Part shown: positions 8,794 through 16,674 of the stretch, piece by piece
Layout of the letters: every line of letters starts with the position of its first letter
Numbering within the stretch: the first letter of the stretch is position 1
From: Pyrodictium occultum
GTDB lineage: Archaea > Thermoproteota > Thermoprotei_A > Sulfolobales > Pyrodictiaceae
Assembly: GCF_001462395.1 (NCBI RefSeq)
Contig: NZ_LNTB01000001.1
Span: 510,001-542,000, forward strand
Reading direction: 5' to 3'
DNA: 32,000 bases
The notes under the pieces: model-generated
Database searches by the model: none
Told to the model about the DNA's origin: nothing
What the model saw: the letters and a program-made list of their open reading frames with translations, nothing else
Program-made: the position numbers and the translations under genes

Positions 8794-9777
8794 ATGGGGT
8801 CAATGCGGAGCCTGGATGAGGTAATGTGGGAAACCATAAGGACGCTACAGTCCCACGGCTATAGCGTAGAGAAGATAGTGTATCCTGAAGACCCTAGGAG
8901 ACGCAGCATAGACATAGTGGCCTCTCGTAGCGGCGGCAGCCCGCTGCTGGTGAAGGTAGTCGAGGATGCTGCAAGCCTCCAGCCCAGAGAGTTCCGTGAG
9001 CTTCGTGGGTGCAGCCTACTACTAGACGCAGCGAGCCTAGTGGTTGCCGACAGGGACGGCGATACCGAGCTAGACTACATGGTTGCCCACGAGAGGTCCG
9101 GCGTCTACGTGGTGAACACTGAGGGGCTTGAAGCAGCTCTAGACAACTCCATCTATGTAGTGAAGAGACAGGGCAACTACTACATGAGGATAAACGGCGA
9201 AAGACTGCGCGAGGAGCGCACCCGGAAGGGATACAGCCTAGGCGACCTAGCATCGCTGCTGAGCGTAAGCCGCAGAAGCGTCTACATGTACGAGCAAGAA
9301 GAGGTGGATGTATCGCTGAGCACGGCGCTGAAGCTTATGGAAATATTCGGTGAGGAGGTATTCAAGCCTATACCAATACTTGGCGAGAAGCCCGAACCGA
9401 GACGGCACATGCTAGTGAGGCATGGAAGCCCCCACGGCGATGTAGGCAAGGCGCTGGAGGCTATAGCGAGAGCTGGCGGCGACGCTGTGGAGACTAAGCG
9501 TATACCGCCGGACGTGGTTGCCAGGATAGGAGCTGACAAGATGCTGATAGTTATAGAGCGTAAGAGGGAACGTAGGCTGGAGAAGAGGGTCTACGAGGCA
9601 GCCAAGGTTGCTTCCAGGGTACTTGCCAGAGTGATAGCCATAACCAGGAGGAGCGGTGCCTCGGGCCTAGAGGAATATGGCGCCCAGGTGTATAGGAGCC
9701 TCGAGGAGTTCGCTTCCGAGGTTGAATCTGGGGAGCCCGGTGAGGCTCACGAACGACCTATAGGTAATAGCTCTTAA
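8794..9777 (+). CDS. Conserved archaeal putative HTH (XRE/cro-C1 type) transcriptional regulator
   Basis: 327-aa ORF. The N-terminal alpha/beta domain (SIDIVASR...LLVKVV) is followed by LREERTRKGYSLGDLASLLSVSRRSVYMYEQEE, a clear cro/C1-type HTH. This is the architecture of the widespread 'putative HTH-type transcriptional regulatory protein' family of archaea. Confidence 0.75.
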   Translation: MGSMRSLDEVMWETIRTLQSHGYSVEKIVYPEDPRRRSIDIVASRSGGSPLLVKVVEDAASLQPREFRELRGCSLLLDAASLVVADRDGDTELDYMVAHERSGVYVVNTEGLEAALDNSIYVVKRQGNYYMRINGERLREERTRKGYSLGDLASLLSVSRRSVYMYEQEEVDVSLSTALKLMEIFGEEVFKPIPILGEKPEPRRHMLVRHGSPHGDVGKALEAIARAGGDAVETKRIPPDVVARIGADKMLIVIERKRERRLEKRVYEAAKVASRVLARVIAITRRSGASGLEEYGAQVYRSLEEFASEVESGEPGEAHERPIGNSS

Positions 9778-9818
9778 AAAGAAGGCTACCGACCCGTCGG
9801 CTCCCCTGGGAGCCCTGG

Positions 9819-11147
9819 TTGGCGATAAGGCTGCGTGACCGCGTTTATATAGCCGATCTCCTCGGTAAGGGTGAGGTGGGGAAAGAGTATACCGTAGCCG
9901 GCTGGGTGGACACGGTTAGAGCTCATGGAGGCATCGTCTTCATTATCCTCAGAGACCGCACTGGAAAGATGCAGCTTGTCGTCAAGAGGAATGTCTCAAA
10001 GGAGTCATGGAAGATCGCCAAGAGCTTGAACCCGGAGAGTGTTATAGCTGCGAGAGGCGCTCTGGTGGAGAGCAAGGCCGCCCTAGGCGGCCGCGAGCTC
10101 GTTGTTAGCGAGCTAGTTGTCTACTCCGAGGCCGAGCCGCTACCCATAGATATAAGGGACTATCGGAAGACTACACTGGCGAAGAGGCTTGACTGGAGAT
10201 TCCTCGATCTGCGAAACCCCAGGAACATGTTGATATTCCTAGTGGAGGCAGAGATGGCCAGGGCTGCCAGGGACTGGTTCTACGAGCACGGGTTTGTGGA
10301 GATATTCACACCCAAGATAGTCGGCGCAGCTACAGAGGGCGGTGCCGAGGTCTTCAGCTTGGTTTACTTTGATAAGCCGGCCTTTCTCGCGCAGTCTCCC
10401 CAGCTCTACAAGCAGATGGGCGTCATATCTGGCTTCGAACGCGTCTTCGAGATAGGCCCGGCCTTCCGTGCCGAACCTCATCATACGACGCGCCATCTGA
10501 CAGAGTACACTAGCCTCGACCTGGAGATGGGCTTCATAGACAGCTTTGAGGACGTGATGGACACTGTTGAAGGCGTTGTGAGGGCTATGGTGAGGCGGGT
10601 TATAGAGGTCTACGGTGACCGGATAAGGGAGTACTTCCCGGACGCCAGGCTCGAGGAGCCTAAGGAGATACCGAGGATAACCATACGTGAGGCGTACAAG
10701 CTCCTGGAGTCAGCTGGTGTACCGGTTGAATGGGGGGAGGATTTGAGTAGTGAAGCGGAGAGGAGGCTCGGCGAGATAATAGAAAGGGAGTACGGCTCCC
10801 CCATGGTGTTCGTTACCGAGTACCCGTGGCGCGCCAGGCCCTTCTACACGATGAGAAAGCCTGATGACCCGGAGTGGACGCTTAGCTTCGACCTGCTCTT
10901 CCGTGGGCTCGAGATAGCTACCGGCGGACAGCGAGAGCACCGCTACGAGGTGTTATTGAGGCAGATAGAGGAGAAGGGGTTGAACCCTAAGAGCTTCGAA
11001 TGGTACCTCAACATGTTCCGGTTCGGAGCCCCGCCCCATGGAGGCGCGGGGATAGGCCTGGAGAGGGTTGTAATGCAGCTGCTCGGCCTCGGGAACATAC
11101 GTGAGGCACGGCTGCTTCCACGTGACCCGGAGAGGCTGGTGCCATAG
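9819..11147 (+). CDS. aspS: Aspartyl-tRNA synthetase (class IIb, archaeal type)
   Basis: 442-aa ORF with a TTG start. N-terminal OB fold (VAGWV...R..G...F..LRD..G..Q), then class II motifs FRAEPHHTTRHLTEY (motif 2 region) and GGAGIGLERVVM (motif 3). Confidence 0.95.
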   Translation: MAIRLRDRVYIADLLGKGEVGKEYTVAGWVDTVRAHGGIVFIILRDRTGKMQLVVKRNVSKESWKIAKSLNPESVIAARGALVESKAALGGRELVVSELVVYSEAEPLPIDIRDYRKTTLAKRLDWRFLDLRNPRNMLIFLVEAEMARAARDWFYEHGFVEIFTPKIVGAATEGGAEVFSLVYFDKPAFLAQSPQLYKQMGVISGFERVFEIGPAFRAEPHHTTRHLTEYTSLDLEMGFIDSFEDVMDTVEGVVRAMVRRVIEVYGDRIREYFPDARLEEPKEIPRITIREAYKLLESAGVPVEWGEDLSSEAERRLGEIIEREYGSPMVFVTEYPWRARPFYTMRKPDDPEWTLSFDLLFRGLEIATGGQREHRYEVLLRQIEEKGLNPKSFEWYLNMFRFGAPPHGGAGIGLERVVMQLLGLGNIREARLLPRDPERLVP

Positions 11148-11165
11148 TCCACCCTTCTAGCAGGG

Positions 11166-11236
11166 TTGGGTCAGCCCCCAGCGCCTCTTCATCGGGGCGG
11201 TATTGGCCTCTGCGTCGTCTAGCCTCATCACGCCGG
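11166..11236 (-). ncRNA. Candidate box C/D sRNA
   Basis: The minus strand reads GUGAUGA (11231-11225, a perfect C box), a 12-nt guide GGCUAGACGACG, CAGA (D' variant, 11212-11209), a 16-nt spacer, AUGAAGA (C' variant, 11192-11186), an 11-nt guide GGCGCUGGGGG, and CUGA (a perfect D box, 11174-11171). A TATA-like TTTATAAT on the same strand (11258-11266) is centred about 26 nt upstream of the predicted 5' end. It lies wholly in the aspS/heme-cluster spacer. The terminal stem is weak. Confidence 0.45.
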
Positions 11237-11253
11237 CCTGGATGCTACGGAGG

Positions 11254-11272
11254 AATGATTATAAATGATTAT
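11254..11272. promoter_or_regulatory. TATA-containing element built from a 9-nt direct repeat (AATGATTAT a AATGATTAT)
   Basis: Exact copies lie at 11254-11262 and 11264-11272 (10-nt period). Together they create TTATAAAT on the plus strand and TTTATAAT on the minus strand. They sit 30-48 nt upstream of the first heme-cluster ATG (11302) and about 26 nt upstream of the minus-strand C/D candidate. A second TATA-like ATTTAAA lies at 11287-11293. Confidence 0.4.
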
Positions 11273-11301
11273 TCGGGAGCAGTCTTATTTAAACGGGGTT
11301 A

Positions 11302-12573
11302 ATGATGGGGCAATCGCATAGCAGCCACCACGTGGTGCTTCATCGGCGCTGGCCCTTCGAGGAGAAACCCCTGCTAATATTCTGGGAGACTACTAAGGCT
11401 TGCATGCTAGCCTGTAAGCACTGCCGTGCTTCCGCGATCCTTGAGCCCCTGCCCGGAGAGCTTAGCCACGAGGAGGCGGTGAGGCTCATCGACGATATAG
11501 CTGGCTTCGGCAAGCCCTCCCCGATACTAGTGTTTACCGGTGGAGATCCCTTGATGAGGAAGGATATATGGAGCCTTGTAGCGAGGGCCAAGGAGCGCGG
11601 GATAAGAGTTGCTATGGCTCCTGCTGTGAGCCCGAAGCTCACAAACGAGGCTATAAGTAAGATGGTTGAGCTCGGCGTTGACGGTGTGAGCATAAGTATT
11701 GATGGGAGTAAGCCGGAGATACATGACAGCATACGCGGTATTCCAGGTGTTTTCAATAGGAGCATAGAGGTCATAAAGAAGATGATGGGCTTTGGTCTAC
11801 GTGTGCAGGTAAACACGGCCGTCATGCGTGACAACGTGGAGGATCTAGCCGACATGGTTAAGCTCCTGCTAGACCTTGGTATACGCGTCTGGGAAGTCTT
11901 CTACCTCATACCCGTCGGCCGTGCCCAGAGGGAGCTTGATCTAACACCCCAGGAGTGGGAGGATGTAAGCCACTTCCTCTACGAGGCCTCTAAGTACGGC
12001 ATAGTAGTGCGTACGACGGAGGGCCCCATGTTCAGGCGCGTAGCTATAATGCGCAGGCTACTCGAACTCCACGGCTATGACCCCGACGAGGTGTTGAAGC
12101 CTGGGCCGCTCTACCGGCGCCTAGTCTCCAGGCTTCGCAGCCTCCTTGGGGAGCCCCGCGGCAAGCCATTGGCTTCGACCACCGGCACGCGCGACGGCAA
12201 GGGCATAATATTCATCTCTCATGACGGCCTGGTCTACCCGAGCGGCTTCATGCCCTATCCCGTGGGGAGTGTGAGGAGGGAGAGCATAGTAAAGATTTAC
12301 CGGGAGAACCCGGTGCTCAGGAAGATACGCGCCGCCGAGTTCAGGGGGAGGTGCGGCGCCTGCGAGTTCCGCGACATCTGCGGTGGCAGTAGGGCCCGCG
12401 CCTACGTGCTGCGCGCCGACCCCCTGGGTGAGGACCCCGCGTGCCCCTACACTCCTGGAGAGTTCGCCAGGCTCATTGAAAAGCTCGGCCTAGACACCCG
12501 GAGGGCTGTCGAGGAGATAGAGGGGCTGAGGCACGTGCTCCCTCCCCTACCCGGCGAATCTCCGGGCTCCTAG
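11302..12573 (+). CDS. Radical SAM enzyme of the NirJ/AhbC/AhbD type (alternative heme biosynthesis)
   Basis: 423-aa ORF with FWETTKACMLACKHC (CX3CX2C) and a C-terminal CGACEFRDICGGSRARA...DPAC (CX2CX5CX20C) auxiliary-cluster-type motif. It is adjacent to the AhbA/B-like gene. I cannot tell AhbC from AhbD by eye. The start could instead be a downstream GTG (11332/11335). Confidence 0.8.
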   Translation: MMGQSHSSHHVVLHRRWPFEEKPLLIFWETTKACMLACKHCRASAILEPLPGELSHEEAVRLIDDIAGFGKPSPILVFTGGDPLMRKDIWSLVARAKERGIRVAMAPAVSPKLTNEAISKMVELGVDGVSISIDGSKPEIHDSIRGIPGVFNRSIEVIKKMMGFGLRVQVNTAVMRDNVEDLADMVKLLLDLGIRVWEVFYLIPVGRAQRELDLTPQEWEDVSHFLYEASKYGIVVRTTEGPMFRRVAIMRRLLELHGYDPDEVLKPGPLYRRLVSRLRSLLGEPRGKPLASTTGTRDGKGIIFISHDGLVYPSGFMPYPVGSVRRESIVKIYRENPVLRKIRAAEFRGRCGACEFRDICGGSRARAYVLRADPLGEDPACPYTPGEFARLIEKLGLDTRRAVEEIEGLRHVLPPLPGESPGS

Positions 12574-12621
12574 CCTTACCCCGCGTATAAATGGCCGGCC
12601 GCTCGTAGGAGGTGGTACTCC

Positions 12622-13635
12622 ATGGCACTGGCTGGCCTCGCCCCAGGCGTCCTCGAGAGGCTTGGGAGCGAGCTGGCGGCAGAAGCGCTCATGGAGCTCC
12701 AGTACCGCTTCCCGCTGACAGCGACCCCCTACTGTGACGTCGCCGACAGGCTTGGCGTCAGCGTGGAGAGGCTGCTGGCGGTGCTCCGGGAGCTTAGGGA
12801 GAAGAGGATACTCAAGCGGGTCGGCTTCTACTTCAACTACCGCGCGGCCCGCAAACGCGGAGCCCTCATAGCGATTGAGACCAGTAGGCCGAATGAGGCC
12901 ACCAGGCTCCTCCTGGAGATGCTAGAGGATGTCACGCATAGCTATCTCCGCGACCACCCAGTATACAACCTATGGGTTGTGGGTAAGCATAGGGACCCGG
13001 AGAGGATAGTGGAGGCTGCCAGGCGCGCCGCCGAGCTCTACGGCACCGGCCGGTGGCTGGTACTCTGGGGCGAGAAGACGCTACGGCTCAGCGTGAAGTA
13101 TGACCTTGAAAGAGGCGTTAGCAGGGCCGGGCCTATGAGCAAGGTGGCGCTCCGTCCGCCTCGGCCGGAAGACCTCGGCTATACCACGGCCCTCGCCCGC
13201 GCATTGAGGGTTCTGCCGCTGGAGCCACACCCCTATGCTGTGATAGCAAGGCAATTCAACATGTCGGAAGACGAGGTAGTGGCCGCTATGAAGGAGATGC
13301 TGGATAAGGGCATACTAGGCGACCCCGGCGCCGCTCTCGACGGTCATAGGCTGGGCTTCATATTCAACGGAATGGTGACCATAGCTCCCCGTAACATGGA
13401 CCAGCTGGAGGACCTCTGCAGCTGGGTTGTAGACAACATCGAGGAGGCTACCCATGTTGTCAAGCGCTCTGCCACCCCGCCGGGCAGCTGGAGGCATCTA
13501 TGCTACTTCATGATACATGCTGTGGACGAGGAAAGGGTGAAGCCAGTGCTCGAGCGCCTCAGCGGGTGCCCCTACATGGACGACTACATGGTGATCAAGA
13601 GTCTTGAGGACCTACTGCCCGGCGTGATCAGATAA
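12622..13635 (+). CDS. Siroheme decarboxylase, fused AhbA-AhbB (NirD/L/G/H-like, two tandem Lrp/AsnC-like modules)
   Basis: 337-aa ORF with two repeats of the NirD-family pattern: LQ.RFPL...PY..VA..LGVS.E.LL..L.EL.E..ILKR, then again LPLEPHPYAVIARQFNMSEDEVVAAMKEMLDKGIL. It is flanked by two NirJ-like radical SAM genes. Confidence 0.8.
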   Translation: MALAGLAPGVLERLGSELAAEALMELQYRFPLTATPYCDVADRLGVSVERLLAVLRELREKRILKRVGFYFNYRAARKRGALIAIETSRPNEATRLLLEMLEDVTHSYLRDHPVYNLWVVGKHRDPERIVEAARRAAELYGTGRWLVLWGEKTLRLSVKYDLERGVSRAGPMSKVALRPPRPEDLGYTTALARALRVLPLEPHPYAVIARQFNMSEDEVVAAMKEMLDKGILGDPGAALDGHRLGFIFNGMVTIAPRNMDQLEDLCSWVVDNIEEATHVVKRSATPPGSWRHLCYFMIHAVDEERVKPVLERLSGCPYMDDYMVIKSLEDLLPGVIR

Positions 13636-13638
13636 GCA

Positions 13639-13648
13639 TTATTTATTA
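13639..13648 (+). promoter_or_regulatory. TATA-like box (TTATTTATTA) upstream of the second radical SAM gene
   Basis: An A/T block lies about 45 nt before the ATG at 13690. GGAGG at 13674-13678 lies 11 nt before the ATG. Confidence 0.35.
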
Positions 13649-13689
13649 GGATGGTTAGCTGGCGATCCTCGTAGGAGGGGCCGAGTAAA

Positions 13690-14877
13690 ATGATACCAGT
13701 CACTGTAATGGTCACCGGCAGGGGCACCGTTTCGACGCGTATAAAGGGCCACTACGGCCCCAAGAGACCCTCCAGGTTCTCGGACGCGCTGCGCCCAATA
13801 GTGTTCTGGAATATAACATACCAGTGCAACCTAAAGTGTATTCATTGCTACATAAACGCCATGCTTAACAAGAGGCCTGACGAGATGAGCACTGAGGAGG
13901 CGCGTAGACTGGCAGAAGAGATGGTTGAGATAGGTATCCCGCTGGTGGTTGTCACGGGGGGCGAGCCTCTGGTAAGGGAGGATTTCTGGGAGATAATGGA
14001 GCCCATGGCTAACAAGCGGAGGCCAAAGCTCTCCCTAAGCACCAATGGAACCCTAATAACCCGTGACGTAGCTGAAAAGCTCGCCTCCTATGGCTTCGTC
14101 TATGTAGGCATATCTATAGACAGCATAAAGCCGGAGTGGCATGACAAGTTCCGCGGTGTCCCAGGCGCTTTCGAGGCAACCGTCAAGGGTATAAAGAACA
14201 GTATTGATGCCGGCCTCGACGTAGGCATAAGGACCACAATAACCAGGTACAACGTGAAAGAGGTACCAGAGATACTCCGCTGGGCCCACGACATGGGTAT
14301 AAAGAGGGTTAGCCTCTATCTACTCGACACCGTCGGCCGCGGCACCTGGATAAAGGACTGGCTCCCAACGCACGAGCAGCTCAAGTGGCTCGCCGACACG
14401 CTGATAGACGAAGCGAGAAAGTATGCTGACAGCCTCGAGATACTCATAGTGAGGGGCCAGTTCCTGGGCATATATATAGCAGACAAGCTTGCTAAGTCTA
14501 ATGAGGAGTTCGCCGACTACATAAAGATGCTTGACGCCCAGGGCAACTGTGGCAGGAAGAGTATAAGCATATACCCGGAGGGTACTGTTAAGCCCTGCCA
14601 GTTCATAGACTGGGTGACCCTGGGTAATGTGCGTGAGAAGAGCCTGCGCGAGATACTGACCCCCGATAACCCGGCGCTCAAGCCATTCCTGGAGGCGGAG
14701 AAGTACCTACGCGGCCCCAGATGCGGCAGCTGCCCGTTCCGCCGTATCTGCGGCGGTGGGAGCCGCGGCAGAGCCCTGGCCATGACTGGCGACCCGTGGG
14801 GCGATGATCCGCTCTGCTTCCTTGACATAGAGAATATAGTGAAGAGGAGGGGGATAGACCCCCGGGCTGTGCTCTAG
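13690..14877 (+). CDS. Radical SAM enzyme of the NirJ/AhbC/AhbD type (alternative heme biosynthesis)
   Basis: 395-aa ORF with WNITYQCNLKCIHC (CX3CX2C), VVTGGEPL, and a C-terminal CGSCPFRRICGGGSRGRA...DPLC (CX2CX5CX21C). Confidence 0.8.
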   Translation: MIPVTVMVTGRGTVSTRIKGHYGPKRPSRFSDALRPIVFWNITYQCNLKCIHCYINAMLNKRPDEMSTEEARRLAEEMVEIGIPLVVVTGGEPLVREDFWEIMEPMANKRRPKLSLSTNGTLITRDVAEKLASYGFVYVGISIDSIKPEWHDKFRGVPGAFEATVKGIKNSIDAGLDVGIRTTITRYNVKEVPEILRWAHDMGIKRVSLYLLDTVGRGTWIKDWLPTHEQLKWLADTLIDEARKYADSLEILIVRGQFLGIYIADKLAKSNEEFADYIKMLDAQGNCGRKSISIYPEGTVKPCQFIDWVTLGNVREKSLREILTPDNPALKPFLEAEKYLRGPRCGSCPFRRICGGGSRGRALAMTGDPWGDDPLCFLDIENIVKRRGIDPRAVL

Positions 14878-15857
14878 CCTCTTTCCTCCCTTCCTGAGCC
14901 TCTGCTCTTTCTACCCGCTAGTAGGCCCGCGGCTATTACTGGGAGAAGGATGCTGGCATCCCCGTAGACCACGACGCTCTCCGCTTCTGGTCGAAGCTTG
15001 TTCCAGGTTATCGCCTCACGCGGATGCGCGCCGCTGAGGCTTCCGTCGTACTCTATAGCTGTGGTCATGTAGACGGCGCAGTCTAGCCCTTCGCGGAACT
15101 GGGCCCACCAGATTGTGTGGTGCTTGCTTATTCCTCCCCCCACTATGAGGGCGGTGGCGCGCTTGGCTGTGAAGAACTTGTTGGCAATGACCTCCTCGTC
15201 TTTGAACGGGTTTACTCTGAGGTCCCGGTGGGTCTGCAGGTAGGTGAAGAGTGCTGTGCCGAAGGCGCCGTCTAGGAACCCCGGCACTATTATGGGTGTG
15301 CCCGTCTCACTTGCTGCCGCTAGTATGCTCCCCCTGTCGCTGCGTAGCTCTCTGCCTATCTCCCAGAGTATTTCGTAGACCCCCCACTCCCTGCCGCGGT
15401 CAAGCCTGTCAAGGACCTTGTAGACCGTCTTCTCCACACGGGGCCCGTAGTCCTCCACCGGTATGAATACATTGCCCAGCCTGTGGATCTCCATCCTCTG
15501 CAGCATGCGGTCGTCGGCTTCAAAGAAGCCCTTGTAGTATCTGCCCCCGGTCCCCCTGGCAACGTCATGGTCTATGGTGCCGCACGTGGTTACAATGAGG
15601 TTGAAGAAGCCCTCCCTTATCAGCTGGGCTAGCACACCGCGCAGGCCGGTTGCTACAAGGTTCGCTGTGAAGGATATCACGCGTAGATCCGACTCGGGGA
15701 GGCACCTGGAGAGTATGCGTATGGCCCTAGCCACGTGGCCTGCCATGAATCCATGTATGTTGTCCAGCAGCTCTACTATGCTGGAGAGGGGCTGGTCCGG
15801 GTTTATCTCCACATCCTTTACCGACTCTGTGAGCAGTTTCTCCCGATCCCCGCTCAT
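14874..15857 (-). CDS. dys: Deoxyhypusine synthase
   Basis: 327-aa ORF with TANLVATGLR, TTCGTIDHD, GGGISKHH and TTAIEYDGSLSGA, the DHS family pattern. Confidence 0.9.
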   Translation of the reverse strand: MSGDREKLLTESVKDVEINPDQPLSSIVELLDNIHGFMAGHVARAIRILSRCLPESDLRVISFTANLVATGLRGVLAQLIREGFFNLIVTTCGTIDHDVARGTGGRYYKGFFEADDRMLQRMEIHRLGNVFIPVEDYGPRVEKTVYKVLDRLDRGREWGVYEILWEIGRELRSDRGSILAAASETGTPIIVPGFLDGAFGTALFTYLQTHRDLRVNPFKDEEVIANKFFTAKRATALIVGGGISKHHTIWWAQFREGLDCAVYMTTAIEYDGSLSGAHPREAITWNKLRPEAESVVVYGDASILLPVIAAGLLAGRKSRGSGREERG

Positions 15858-15991
15858 TGCTGGGCCCCCAGCGCCTAGGGGTACAGGCTCAGCTGTTAAG
15901 AGTTAGAGGCCAGCCTGGAGACCAGGCGCGGGTAGAGGCTGAGGGTTCTCCTGGTGCAGAGGCCGTGGCGCGCGGCGGCGCTAGGCGGTGG

Positions 15992-16672
15992 ATGGCTAGT
16001 GAGCGGATAGCATTCAGGCTGCTCGAGGAGAGGGGCTACAAGATACTTGAGACGCACAAGCGGGTTATCATAGACGGCGTTGAGGTCGGCGAGGTCGATG
16101 CAGTGGCTGAGGGCCCCGACGGCCAGCTCTATGTGGTGGAGGTTAAGGCCGGCCGGCTCGACGTCCACGGCGTACGCCAGGTCTATAGCAACGCCGTGCT
16201 CCTGGACGCCAGGCCGCTGGTGGTTTGCAAGGGCTTTGCTGACGAGTCCGCCCGCGTGCTGGCAGAGAAGCTAGGCGTCGAGGTTATAGAGCTTGAGGAC
16301 ATCTTCCTGGTAGACGCCGAGGAGCTTGAGGACATAGTCTATGGGGCCGTCATGGAGGCCGTGGCTGAGGCTGCTAGACTCCTCCTAGACCCCTCGATCC
16401 GGGTGAAGCCTGAGCAGGTTGAACTACTCCGGGCCGTGGCTGAGGCCCCGACCATTGCCGAGGCGGCCTCAATGCTTGGGAAGAGCGTCCGCGAGGTCGC
16501 AGGTGTGCTTGAGTGGCTCCGCCGCCTCACGCCGCTAGCCCGGAGAGGCTACCGCGGCGCCCGCTTGGCGGCCGCAATACTCCTCCAGAGGTCCCGTCTA
16601 CAGGCCCTGCTCGACAGCCTCGGCAGTAGTGCTGAAAGGATAGAGGCGCTCCTCGGGAGACTAGGGGTCTAG
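15992..16672 (+). CDS. PD-(D/E)XK nuclease-fold protein (YraN/Hjc-like core) with a C-terminal HTH-like domain
   Basis: Carries ERIAFRLLEERGYKILETHKRV...GEVDAVAEG...LYVVEVKAG, the D...E-x-K nuclease signature. The C-terminal PEQVELLRAVAEAPTIAEAASMLGKSVREVAGVLEWLRRL looks like an HTH. I prefer the ATG at 15992 over the track start at 15857. The 45 extra codons are Arg/Gly/Ala-rich and abut the divergent dys start. Confidence 0.6.
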   Translation: MASERIAFRLLEERGYKILETHKRVIIDGVEVGEVDAVAEGPDGQLYVVEVKAGRLDVHGVRQVYSNAVLLDARPLVVCKGFADESARVLAEKLGVEVIELEDIFLVDAEELEDIVYGAVMEAVAEAARLLLDPSIRVKPEQVELLRAVAEAPTIAEAASMLGKSVREVAGVLEWLRRLTPLARRGYRGARLAAAILLQRSRLQALLDSLGSSAERIEALLGRLGV

Positions 16673-16674
16673 GC

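Noticed and set aside
11340-11855. 171-aa minus-strand ORF antisense to the first radical SAM gene
   Set aside because: It is a shadow ORF, whereas the plus-strand frame carries the CX3CX2C radical SAM signature.
15857-15991. 45-codon N-terminal extension of the nuclease-HTH ORF
   Set aside because: It is a low-complexity Arg/Gly/Ala stretch in GC-rich DNA that starts exactly at the divergent dys start codon. The nuclease fold begins right at the ATG at 15992.
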